Assembly (NCBI GenBank): GCA_049578985.1
Contig: JBAUMZ010000114.1
Span: 95,936 to 119,935 of the forward strand
Direction: 5' to 3'
Source: Nitrososphaeraceae archaeon
GTDB taxonomy: Archaea > Thermoproteota > Nitrososphaeria > Nitrososphaerales > Nitrososphaeraceae
DNA: 24,000 bases
Within the stretch, counting starts at the first letter, position 1; every line of letters starts with the position of its first letter. Both the position numbers and the translations under genes were made by a program. The notes beneath the pieces are model-generated. The model was not told where the DNA came from and did no database searches. It saw nothing but the letters and a program-made list of their open reading frames with translations. Below, in pieces: positions 10,418 to 19,079 of the stretch.

Positions 10418-10676
10418 TCAGCACCATTTTCCCAATTGAAATATGGCTCAGGACTTCGTCTACTGTATTGGAAATCGTCTCAATAGAACCACAGCTATTG
10501 AACTCTATTGAAAGTATGTTCTCTGAAAGAGAATGCATTTCCATTTCTAAGCCTTGGGGAAAATTGATGTTGTCCGCAATGATTGATTTCATTATTGCAT
10601 CTCTTTTGCCTTCAGCTTCTAGATCTAGTTCTATATATATGGTGATTTTATCAACGAGAGGCTCTTGCATTTTCAT
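10407..10676 (-). CDS. Pcc1-like KEOPS complex subunit (tentative)
   Basis: Roughly 89-aa ORF whose pattern (ITIYIELDLE..AIMKSIIAD..ILSIEFNS..ISNTVDEVLSHISI) resembles archaeal Pcc1. It overlaps the serS start and the upstream gene's stop, which suggests operon packing. The track start at 10691 is a TTG; ATGs lie at 10676 and 10670. Confidence 0.5.
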   Translation of the reverse strand: MKMQEPLVDKITIYIELDLEAEGKRDAIMKSIIADNINFPQGLEMEMHSLSENILSIEFNSCGSIETISNTVDEVLSHISIGKMVLNDD

Positions 10677-12105
10677 CGGTCCTGGGTGCAACCTTCAAAC
10701 ATGAGACAAAACTTTCCAAATCATTAGGTGAGACTTCGCAACATAGCACATAAGGTTCAAATGGATGGGGGAGTGCAGGAGATATGCTAGAACACTTCCG
10801 TAACGCTGAAGCCATCTCAGTAAATTTTGGCAAGTCATACGTCCGACAACAATACTTGTACGTGCCTTTTCGTGTGACTGTCCTGCCAACAATGATCTTG
10901 CGCAAGAATTGTGGAGAGGATTCAAGAAGAGTCATGATATCTTCGAGGGTATTTTCTGCCACGGCCCCTTCACCGTTCATGAAGACCATATCTCTGTCAA
11001 CCCAAATCCTCCATTTCTCTTCAAATATAGTCCTTAACGATCGTCTCTGAATGTCAAGATAACGAACCACTGTTTCTTCAGCTTTTGTTAACATCTTAAA
11101 ACGGTCGCCAAGGCAAACCGATATCGCTACTCCTGATTTTTGCATTTTGCCACAAATTCGAAGGAGATCTGAGTACTCCCTTGCGTCACGAAGTGGAGTT
11201 CCCCTGTCTTCCTTAAGTAGAGTGTAATTGATCCCGCGTATCCCTTCTAAAGGCAGAACCTCTGTGCCAGAATTGGTGGCAACGAATTTTGCAATCCCTT
11301 CATAGATGGACCATTTCTCCTGATCCAGAAGTTCGGCGAATACTCGCCATTTCCCATTTTCCCTCAACTTGATCCCAGAATTTTCCACTATTGACTTAGC
11401 CCTTTGTAAGTTCCAAGTTAATCCGTCAATGTATGGAAAACGAGTCAGAGCGATAGCTTCATGAATCGGCCTCCATTCACGTCCTACCATCATAAGGTCA
11501 TCTGGCTGACTCCGCAACAGACCTTGAGATTCACCAACCTTGGCTATTTCAGCGTTTATTCCCACAAGTGACCTGCCTTCTCCGCGATCCTGTCCCTCAC
11601 CAAGCGAAGAGAGTACAGGCAACACAGAAAGGTCCGCATTTTTAGCGTCTAGTGTTATTGACAGAAGATAGCAAATCCCTGCAGAGGTTATTTCTGACCA
11701 ACCATTGAGCTCGTACCTATTAATGTTCAGAACTCGCTGGCCATAAGCTTCGTTTGGTTCGGGGACTACCTCATTAGATAGATGCCGGATCAGATACCAT
11801 TTGGCTCGGAAGCTCTTTACAAGCTTTTCTACCGACTCATGTTCGAAATCTAAAAGTAAACATAAATCATATTCATCGGAAATTGAGTTCCCAACCTGTA
11901 GAAAATCTGTCAAGTTTGTAGTGCTTCTCACCACACAGTTGGCGCCTAACCTGTCAAGAGTTTGGAAAACTATACTACTTGCAGCTATTCCATCTGGGGA
12001 TGGACTACATAGGACAAGGAACTTACCCTCTTTTCTTACTAGGTCCCGAATATCATCCGAGATAGACTTGAGATCATCATCTAGCCTATTTCGTGGATTC
12101 ATCAA
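10651..12105 (-). CDS. RecJ/Cdc45-like DHH-family protein with degenerate catalytic motifs
   Basis: 484-aa ORF. Motif I region VLCSPSPDGIAASSIV aligns with archaeal RecJ/GAN ISHRDADGITAGAIL. It sits next to rps15, a neighbourhood I recall as conserved for archaeal RecJ homologues. Confidence 0.65.
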   Translation of the reverse strand: MMNPRNRLDDDLKSISDDIRDLVRKEGKFLVLCSPSPDGIAASSIVFQTLDRLGANCVVRSTTNLTDFLQVGNSISDEYDLCLLLDFEHESVEKLVKSFRAKWYLIRHLSNEVVPEPNEAYGQRVLNINRYELNGWSEITSAGICYLLSITLDAKNADLSVLPVLSSLGEGQDRGEGRSLVGINAEIAKVGESQGLLRSQPDDLMMVGREWRPIHEAIALTRFPYIDGLTWNLQRAKSIVENSGIKLRENGKWRVFAELLDQEKWSIYEGIAKFVATNSGTEVLPLEGIRGINYTLLKEDRGTPLRDAREYSDLLRICGKMQKSGVAISVCLGDRFKMLTKAEETVVRYLDIQRRSLRTIFEEKWRIWVDRDMVFMNGEGAVAENTLEDIMTLLESSPQFLRKIIVGRTVTRKGTYKYCCRTYDLPKFTEMASALRKCSSISPALPHPFEPYVLCCEVSPNDLESFVSCLKVAPRTDENARASR

Positions 12106-12117
12106 GAAGTCGTGAGT

Positions 12118-12570
12118 CTATTGCGCCTGTGCTATAACCGCAGCATATTTCCAATTCTTGGCGATTTTGTCCCTTTTCTTGTAATACCGTGAAAGACGAT
12201 GTATCTTTGATTCGATCAGTTCTAAAGAACGAACGTTTCTTCTGTCGCTGTTGTGCATTCGAAGATGCCTTTGCAGGCCAAGGGCCTTTTTTACTAGTCT
12301 ATCTAGATCCTCTGGCATATCTTGCTTAACACCGTTTTCTGTCAAAACATCAGTTATGGTTTTTCCCAGAATAGGCTTAGCTAGTGGTATCCCATACTCA
12401 TCTCTAAGAATGATACCAATTTGGGAAGCGGTCAATCCATCTTCATTGTACATTTTGGTGATATTAGATGTAAGGTCTGAATGACTGATGCTTACCCACG
12501 TAGGCACACTCTTGGACGTAGGACGTGTTGAATGAGACTTGCCGCGAGTATGTGCGTGCATTCGTGCCAT
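12118..12570 (-). CDS. rps15: 30S ribosomal protein S15 (uS15, S13e type)
   Basis: MARMHAHTRGKSHSTRP..LTASQIGIILRDEYGIP..ESKIHRLSRYYKK is typical archaeal S15. The start is placed at the internal Met; the 15-aa upstream extension in the track is unlikely to be real. Confidence 0.9.
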   Translation of the reverse strand: MARMHAHTRGKSHSTRPTSKSVPTWVSISHSDLTSNITKMYNEDGLTASQIGIILRDEYGIPLAKPILGKTITDVLTENGVKQDMPEDLDRLVKKALGLQRHLRMHNSDRRNVRSLELIESKIHRLSRYYKKRDKIAKNWKYAAVIAQAQ

Positions 12571-12673
12571 TGATAGACAACGTTCTGAGGGTCGACATCT
12601 AAATGTTACGGACATTGAAGAAGGTAAAGGTTTTACAAAAAAGTTAAATAATCGAGATTCGAAAAATGAACAT

Positions 12674-13087
12674 ATGAATAAAGCCTACCTACCGGTTCTA
12701 TCCATTATGGCATTACTCATGGCGACCGCATTTATATTGCCTGGTATTCAGACAGCGAATGCTCAGTACTCAGGCGAAGGATCCACACCGGGAAGTATTG
12801 AGGAACAATTGAAACTTGCTAGGGAGAAAACATCACTTGCTGCGCAACAAGGTGCATACGGTTCAGGAACTTCTATGGTTAGCGGTACCCTTGACAACAC
12901 AGTACTATTTATCATAATACTCGTAGTAATATTCGGAGGGGTGGCAGCAGCATTCTTCGTAAAGTCCAGAGGAGCGAGAAGGGCAGCCACTACGCAATAC
13001 TCTCGGCAGAGTGAACCGGATTGGAAATTAGAAGCTCAGAGATACAAAGACGAACTTGACGCTATGAAAAGAAACCAAAATAGATAG
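12674..13087 (+). CDS. Hypothetical type-I membrane protein (signal peptide plus one C-terminal TM)
   Basis: From ATG 12674 the protein reads MNKAYLPVLSIMALLMATAFILPGIQTANA, then a Gly/Ser-rich ectodomain, the TM VLFIIILVVIFGGVAAAFFV and a basic tail. The upstream part of the track ORF overlaps rps15 antisense and was trimmed. A T-rich tract (ggcttttttttc, ~13146-13158) lies downstream. Confidence 0.6.
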   Translation: MNKAYLPVLSIMALLMATAFILPGIQTANAQYSGEGSTPGSIEEQLKLAREKTSLAAQQGAYGSGTSMVSGTLDNTVLFIIILVVIFGGVAAAFFVKSRGARRAATTQYSRQSEPDWKLEAQRYKDELDAMKRNQNR

Positions 13088-13275
13088 GGATACTGAAACA
13101 AATCCTTTCCTTCTTTTTGAATATTGTCTTAATACTTATGCTGAGGCTTTTTTTTCTTTGTAAAGTGTAATTATCTGTTCGGTGCAAATCTAGTACATTC
13201 GTTATATCAAGTGTAGATCCGAAGTTGTAAACCAAAATGTATATATCATAGATTTTATTTGGATTATATCGTAAT

Positions 13276-13554
13276 ATGAGCGCCATTCTAAGCCTTGTGG
13301 GAATGTTCAGCACCGGATTGGAGAGTCTTCTGAAGCAGGTAGGACCAGCATACGACCCATTGTTCTTTGATGTAATGGTATACATATTTGGGACTATGCT
13401 TTTCGCAGTTTTCCTCCTGAGTGTAATAGCATTTTGGCTCAGACGAAAGGGACTTGGAGGAGGTTCTGCTAAAGAAAAATGGACTCAAGAATTAGAGACT
13501 TACTTCGAGCGTGAGCAGATAGGTCTTATTCCAGACGAAAAGCACCACTGGTAA
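13276..13554 (+). CDS. Hypothetical small membrane protein (92 aa, one clear TM)
   Basis: TM helix VMVYIFGTMLFAVFLLSVIAFWL is followed by RRKG and a charged tail. TATA-like aaaatgtatatatc lies ~30 nt upstream, and T-rich tracts follow the stop. Confidence 0.5.
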   Translation: MSAILSLVGMFSTGLESLLKQVGPAYDPLFFDVMVYIFGTMLFAVFLLSVIAFWLRRKGLGGGSAKEKWTQELETYFEREQIGLIPDEKHHW

Positions 13555-13709
13555 TTTGACTACTCAAAAATTTCTTTTATTTGTTTTTCTTAAATTCTGA
13601 AAGGATTATTGTTTATGGATATTATTATCTGATCTTCTACCTTAAGCCAACGGCGTAGAAGACTAGGACTAGGAGGTGGCAGGATAGAAGACGGAAAACC
13701 CACACAGGA

Positions 13710-14600
13710 TCAGAATCTTCGAACAATCTTTGGTCTTAACATTTCAGGGTGACTTATCAATTCATGAATCAGTCTCTGAAGCTTTGATTTTTCAGATGGG
13801 AGAGTCCCGCCAATACTGTATACATTTGAAGCATGATTAGCTCTAAAGATTACTTCTCTTGTCGGATTGAAAAGCATTATTAGCCTTTCCAGTTCATGCA
13901 AGATCTCCAAATCAGTTAACCAGGAAAATGGCTCCCTAAACTTGGACATGAACTCGCTACGAACAGTTTCGTCTAGTTGGAGGTTGAGAGCGGCTAGATA
14001 GTGCGGGCTAATTTTGCTCACAACCATGGCGGTATCGGATATGTGTGCATCAGTATATGTTCTGCCGCCTAAGCCGAGAATGACCATGCAAGAGAGTGTG
14101 AATTTATGATCAATTGCTTTCTCACAACTTTCAATAATCATTGAGGGAGATGCGCCCTTAGTGACCTTCTGCAGCACAACATCATTACCGCTCTCTATCC
14201 CAACATATAACATGCTTAGTCCTCTATTCCGCAACCGTTCAAGTTCAGGGTCCTTTTTCTGGATCAGATTCCTTGGCATGGCATAGCATGAAATTCGCTT
14301 AAGACTGTTAAATTTTAGATTCAAATAGTCTAATATTTCAACCAATCTTTCGGTCTTGAGATTTAGTGCATCACCATCAGCTAGAAATATCTTTTCGGTT
14401 AGGGGTTGGTATTTAGAAATCAAATCTATTTCGAACTTGATCTCATCTAATGACCTCTCTTGATAGGATTTTGTTCGATACATACTACAGAATGAACAGC
14501 GATTAAAGGAACATCCCAACGTGACCTGTAAGATCGTTGAGTTTGCCTCGGAGGGAGGTCTGTAAAGAGGATAATCGTAAACTATTTCTTCTAAAGACAT
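13710..14600 (-). CDS. Radical SAM domain protein, function unknown
   Basis: 296-aa ORF with the Cys cluster GCSFNRCSFCSMY near the N-terminus, then FLADGDAL, YVGIESG and other beta/alpha-barrel elements typical of Elp3/HemN-like radical SAM cores. Confidence 0.8.
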   Translation of the reverse strand: MSLEEIVYDYPLYRPPSEANSTILQVTLGCSFNRCSFCSMYRTKSYQERSLDEIKFEIDLISKYQPLTEKIFLADGDALNLKTERLVEILDYLNLKFNSLKRISCYAMPRNLIQKKDPELERLRNRGLSMLYVGIESGNDVVLQKVTKGASPSMIIESCEKAIDHKFTLSCMVILGLGGRTYTDAHISDTAMVVSKISPHYLAALNLQLDETVRSEFMSKFREPFSWLTDLEILHELERLIMLFNPTREVIFRANHASNVYSIGGTLPSEKSKLQRLIHELISHPEMLRPKIVRRF

Positions 14601-14923
14601 TAAAGAAAGTGGTATCGCATGAATAATGTATATGTTGTGGAATGAAAAGTTCGGTATTTCTAGTACGTTAGTCTAATCTATTGAAAAGATTTTAAAACGA
14701 CAGCAAACACTTCATATTGTCGTGTGCATGTCACGCTCCAAATGCCTCGCCTAGACCTAGAGGTAGTTGTTTGGGGTCTGTTCGTCGCGAGGTCATCATA
14801 GCTTCTGGCTCTGCCTGGAGCAGCGATTATTCACTTCATCCCCTGCAAGTATTAGTATGCTCCGGTTATAAATTTGTAAGAAAATAATTCGACTTCGGTT
14901 CAACTCGAAGTTCTTCAGAGGAT

Positions 14924-15841
14924 TCATTGACGGTATGGAAGGTGTATTGTTTTCAGATCATATGCATTATCTACGTTCTCATGAATGAGGCGCGCTTCTG
15001 CGAGCAATTGTTTACTCTGCCTGTACCTCGTACTAAAATGAGTTAATACAAGCTTCTTAGCACCAGACTGACTTGCTAACTTAGCAGCTTCAGCAGCAGT
15101 AGCATGAAAGTTCTCGATCGCCTTATGTCGGAGCTCCTCGGCATATGTTGACTCAAAGATGAGGAGATCGCAATTCTGGAAAAAATTGCTAAGCTTTTCG
15201 GTTGGTCTTGTATCACCAGATATTCCAATCTTCCTCCCAGGTCGTTTTGGCCCTACCACATCGGATGATCTTACTGTACTTCCGTTGATCACAATATCAG
15301 TACCTGATTGAAGTTGTTTGTATAATCTCCCTTCTGGTATTCCTAATTGTACTGCTCTTTTGATATCAAAAATCCCAGGTCTCTCTAATTCCGTCAGACA
15401 GAATGAGTAGGCAGTAACATTATGATCTGCTTCGCAACATGTCACTTCATAATCCTCCTCACGCACCAACAATCCCTCAGTTTCTATATTGTGAAGATTT
15501 ACATCAAATGAAAGCCCAAAACCTATTAATCTTGTACTAAACTTTATGAATTCTGCGAGTCTCGGCTCACCATAGATATCAATAGGCATGGTTCTGCCAT
15601 TAAGAGATAGTGTTTGGAGTAGCCCCAAAATTCCGAGTGAGTGGTCAGCGTGCATGTGCGTGATAAAAACTTTCATTTTACAATTCATCCTGAGACTTGA
15701 TCTTACAAAATTTCTTTGCATGCCTTCCCCAGCATCGAAGAGAAGTATCTCATTCCCTCGAGCAATCGCGATAGAAGATAGTCCTCGTTCATCAGTTGGG
15801 GTGGCAGCTGACGTGCCCAGGAAAATGATTCTAAGATCCAT
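14924..15841 (-). CDS. rnz: Ribonuclease Z (tRNA 3' endonuclease)
   Basis: 305-aa metallo-beta-lactamase fold with MDLRIIFLGTSAATPT..LFDAGEG..ITHMHADHSLGILGLL..ISGDT..LTHFS, matching the short-form RNase Z motif order. Confidence 0.9.
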   Translation of the reverse strand: MDLRIIFLGTSAATPTDERGLSSIAIARGNEILLFDAGEGMQRNFVRSSLRMNCKMKVFITHMHADHSLGILGLLQTLSLNGRTMPIDIYGEPRLAEFIKFSTRLIGFGLSFDVNLHNIETEGLLVREEDYEVTCCEADHNVTAYSFCLTELERPGIFDIKRAVQLGIPEGRLYKQLQSGTDIVINGSTVRSSDVVGPKRPGRKIGISGDTRPTEKLSNFFQNCDLLIFESTYAEELRHKAIENFHATAAEAAKLASQSGAKKLVLTHFSTRYRQSKQLLAEARLIHENVDNAYDLKTIHLPYRQ

Positions 15842-15960
15842 ACATGACTAGTAAGTTCTGGTCTAAGGTAAATCTACCTAATTTTCGTAGAGTTGCTCCA
15901 TTTACATTGCTTCTGCAATTTTGCCGATCTTGAGATTAGAGGTATCGCATGTAGCTACTT

Positions 15961-16764
15961 TCAAAGGGCTAGAAAGATCTCCTTCACTGGTTCTCTAATG
16001 CCTAATTTTCTAATTATCCCTTCAAATCTAGCTTTGCTTGACGTGATTAGAATCTCCGTGCGGCCAACTCCTTTTTTTTTGGCCATACGATTAGTGGATA
16101 GATATTTCCTCACATCATTTGCGAGAAGTTTTACAGGATCAATCAACCTGATGGTTGGAAGTAAGGAGACGAGATAATTTGAGACAAAGGGTAGGTGGGT
16201 GCTTGCCAAAACCATCACATCTATGTGTGATTCAAGATGCTCGCGATATTCTACTGCCTTGGAGATTGCATCAAAAGTCTTTCGTTCATTGGTGATATAT
16301 TCACCACTCTCAACCAAGCCTATAATTTCTGTTGCATCAAATCTGGTTACAAGTATATTCTGTGGGACTTGGGACTTTATCAAACCGCCCAATTCTTTGC
16401 TCTTGATCGTGCCTGTGGTTGCCAATATTCCGATATGCTTTTTCTTCGTCAGCCTACAAGCGGTCTTGAGTGGAGGGATAATTCCCACGACATCCATCCT
16501 AGATGAGCGCTTGACTTCATCAAGAATCTGAATTGAAGGAGTAATTGAGGCAATAATTACCAATTTTGGTTTATACCGCTCAAGATATCTTAGGATATCA
16601 AGAATTATGGTTAAAAGTTCTTGCCTTGTCTTGTTACCATATGGAAAGTGCTGTTCATCTGCAAGGTACAGTAGATTTTCAGTCGGTAAGTGTTTCCGTA
16701 ATTGTTTTATTACTGATAAGGAACCTAGTCCCGAGTCAAAAACGGCAATCGGATTATCTAGCAA
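15961..16764 (-). CDS. MurI (glutamate racemase) family protein lacking both catalytic cysteines
   Basis: 267-aa ORF that aligns along its length with MurI: IAVFDSGLGSLSV, FPYG, HIGILATTGTIKS, LVESG. The two catalytic motifs read VIIASITPS (canonical ACNTA) and VLASTHLPF (canonical GCTHYP). Confidence 0.85.
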   Translation of the reverse strand: MLDNPIAVFDSGLGSLSVIKQLRKHLPTENLLYLADEQHFPYGNKTRQELLTIILDILRYLERYKPKLVIIASITPSIQILDEVKRSSRMDVVGIIPPLKTACRLTKKKHIGILATTGTIKSKELGGLIKSQVPQNILVTRFDATEIIGLVESGEYITNERKTFDAISKAVEYREHLESHIDVMVLASTHLPFVSNYLVSLLPTIRLIDPVKLLANDVRKYLSTNRMAKKKGVGRTEILITSSKARFEGIIRKLGIREPVKEIFLAL

Positions 16765-16821
16765 CTGGAATCTTTACGATTGGTACTGGTTGAGTCAACG
16801 ACCTTAGCTGAATAAATACTC

Positions 16822-19014
16822 TCATGACCTCTCAATCACTTCTTCGTGAGTGCTTCTCTTAGCCTCTACTCGATTGTGGTCCAAGCTATGATCAATGGCC
16901 CTTGTCCGCCATACAAATTTGGAATAGAGCATTTTGGGGACGAGGCGTTTGAAGTCAACCCCTTCGCCAATATACCATTTAGGAAACCATTCGTAAAGGT
17001 GTAACCTAATTGTTTGAATGTATACTATCAGTCCTTCAATCAACATTATACCAATATTTCCTCCGATAAGGACAGCATATCCTCCAGCTGTGCCACCCAA
17101 GGATTCGAATGAATCGATAACCGTTACAAGGAGTGCGGCGTGAACCAGTAGCATAATTCCAAGTCTAGAGTAACTTATTGTGTTTGAAAGCATTTCTATG
17201 ATTCTCACCATTATTACCTCCACCACTATACCTACCAATCCACCACCTTCATCCTTCCCAAGTTTCTTGAGGTGCTTCTCTTCCTTTATGCCTCCGATAA
17301 TCATTGTTATCACGGTCCCAATAATTACAAGGGGTGCTGCCTTTGCAACCAGATCTACAGTAACCCAGTCTCCGAAAACGACCGTCAGCCAAGGCACCGG
17401 TTCATCGTAGGTGATTCCTGTAATCCCAAACATGCCGATGATATCATATCCAGAACCTATAGCTGCTAGGATGAGGCTTACCACCGCAAAGTATTGTACT
17501 ATGGTTGGGATATCATGGTAAAAAATCATAAGATTATCATGTTTTTTGATATTTGCCGAGAGCCTCAAGAAGAAAGCCAGCAAGATATGCACCACCCCTA
17601 TAGCAATCGAAATCTCCAAAATCTTGACTACCTCCTCAAATGTTAGCTCCGACACACTTAACAAGCCCACAAATCCTAATTGTTCAGCAATGGGCGCCAG
17701 AATAGGTATCTCGATTGCGTGGAAACCAAATAATTCGCCCGTTCCCAAGCCTGCGATGGCAGCGGCAGCTCCACTCGCCGCTATTAAAGTTCCCCAAGTG
17801 GTTAGAGATCCGTTGCCACGATATCTGAAAAGCATCCCGAGACCAAAGAGCAATATGCCGTGCCCCAAGTCTGCAAACATCAATCCATAGAACAGAGGCC
17901 ACACGAAGGCAATAATCGGCGTAGGGTCTCTCTCGTCATAGTTGGGTAATCCCTGTGTCTCGGTAATGATCTCGAAGGTACGAATATACTTTTTATTTTT
18001 CAAGAGTGTAGGAAGTTTCTCATTGTGATCCTCAGCGTGACTTTCATGAGCGGACAAACCTTCGTGACTATCCATTACCGAGACGTAATCGCTTGTCAAA
18101 CTCTTGAAATTATTCTCCATTTGCTCAGGGATAAAGCCCTGAATCATAGCGAAATTTCTGGTGCCACCTGGCTTCCTAGTTGCCTCTAAAACATCTTTTG
18201 CCACCTGAGAAGCTTCATGTAATGATAGTAGTTTCGTAGTAAGTGATAATTTTAATTTCTCAACCTTCTTACCCAGGTCTGTACTTTGCTTCTCTAGTTC
18301 CTTTATTTTGGTTTTGGACTCAGCATAGGCCAAATGGGGATTCTGAGGCATGTTAGGAGATACTTGCAAAGGATGCACTCCGAAGCTTCTCAGAACTTTG
18401 ATTATTCTATCAGCGTCATTGTCAGTTGAACCTAAAACGATTAAAGCAGACTTGTGCTCATTTAATTTAACAATCTGCATCATTAGATCTCCCAAACTTT
18501 TTTTGATCTCATCTTGGTCGTTATTTTCAATGATAAAAGTTGCAGCATAAAACATTTTCAATTTAGAAAAAATTCGCAGATCTAAATCCAATTCCGCTGC
18601 CATTTCTAACGTTAAAGCTATCGTACGGTATTCTTCCAACTGTTTCGAAACCTGACTTTGTTCCATAAGAATCTTTTTAGGCTCATCCAAGAGTGCCGCA
18701 CTCCTTCCTTCCAAATCAACTATGAAGCCCTGGATATCTTCAATCTCGTAGGATGTCTCCTCCTTCGGAGCACCTTTAAACATTGTATCCATTACACCCG
18801 TTTCTAAAGGTACTCCCAAAGCCTTGACTACATCGTCAATTTCTTGGAAAAGCCGCTGTGCCTTCAATAATAGGTCGTCATAATAGGGATTAATGTACTC
18901 GGATGCATGTTGTAAGGGATGAAACCATTCAAGTTGAGCAAGTCTGCTTACAGCTTGCTGCGTCTCAGTCCTAGGTAGGACAAGTGTAGTTTTCAGTAAT
19001 TTAGCGGTTCCCAT
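16822..19014 (-). CDS. atpI: A/V-type ATPase subunit I (a-subunit, membrane stator)
   Basis: 730-aa ORF with a long N-terminal coiled cytoplasmic domain and a C-terminal multi-TM region ending in the conserved block YSRLGIMLLVHAAL..IQTIRLHLYEWFPKWY. Confidence 0.9.
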   Translation of the reverse strand: MGTAKLLKTTLVLPRTETQQAVSRLAQLEWFHPLQHASEYINPYYDDLLLKAQRLFQEIDDVVKALGVPLETGVMDTMFKGAPKEETSYEIEDIQGFIVDLEGRSAALLDEPKKILMEQSQVSKQLEEYRTIALTLEMAAELDLDLRIFSKLKMFYAATFIIENNDQDEIKKSLGDLMMQIVKLNEHKSALIVLGSTDNDADRIIKVLRSFGVHPLQVSPNMPQNPHLAYAESKTKIKELEKQSTDLGKKVEKLKLSLTTKLLSLHEASQVAKDVLEATRKPGGTRNFAMIQGFIPEQMENNFKSLTSDYVSVMDSHEGLSAHESHAEDHNEKLPTLLKNKKYIRTFEIITETQGLPNYDERDPTPIIAFVWPLFYGLMFADLGHGILLFGLGMLFRYRGNGSLTTWGTLIAASGAAAAIAGLGTGELFGFHAIEIPILAPIAEQLGFVGLLSVSELTFEEVVKILEISIAIGVVHILLAFFLRLSANIKKHDNLMIFYHDIPTIVQYFAVVSLILAAIGSGYDIIGMFGITGITYDEPVPWLTVVFGDWVTVDLVAKAAPLVIIGTVITMIIGGIKEEKHLKKLGKDEGGGLVGIVVEVIMVRIIEMLSNTISYSRLGIMLLVHAALLVTVIDSFESLGGTAGGYAVLIGGNIGIMLIEGLIVYIQTIRLHLYEWFPKWYIGEGVDFKRLVPKMLYSKFVWRTRAIDHSLDHNRVEAKRSTHEEVIERS

Positions 19015-19079
19015 TTAGTCCCAGTCCATCCGTTATCCTCTCAGTTGGAGGTGCCTTATCAGGAATCTCCCAATTTAGG

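Noticed and set aside
12539-12673. N-terminal 45-aa extension of the 182-aa ORF at 12539..13087.
   Set aside because: It overlaps rps15 antisense and precedes an obvious signal peptide starting at Met 12674, so the ORF was trimmed.
13062-13488. Minus-strand ORFs 13062..13385 (107 aa) and 13288..13488 (66 aa).
   Set aside because: They lie in AT-rich intergenic DNA or antisense to the 92-aa membrane-protein ORF. Their translations are low-complexity Ile/Asn/Lys-rich with no features.
14797-14803. A perfect C-box-like ATGATGA on the minus strand within the GC-rich island, suggesting a C/D box sRNA.
   Set aside because: There is no CUGA D box at the expected distance (only GUGA or CAGA), no terminal stem and no recognisable C' or D' pair.
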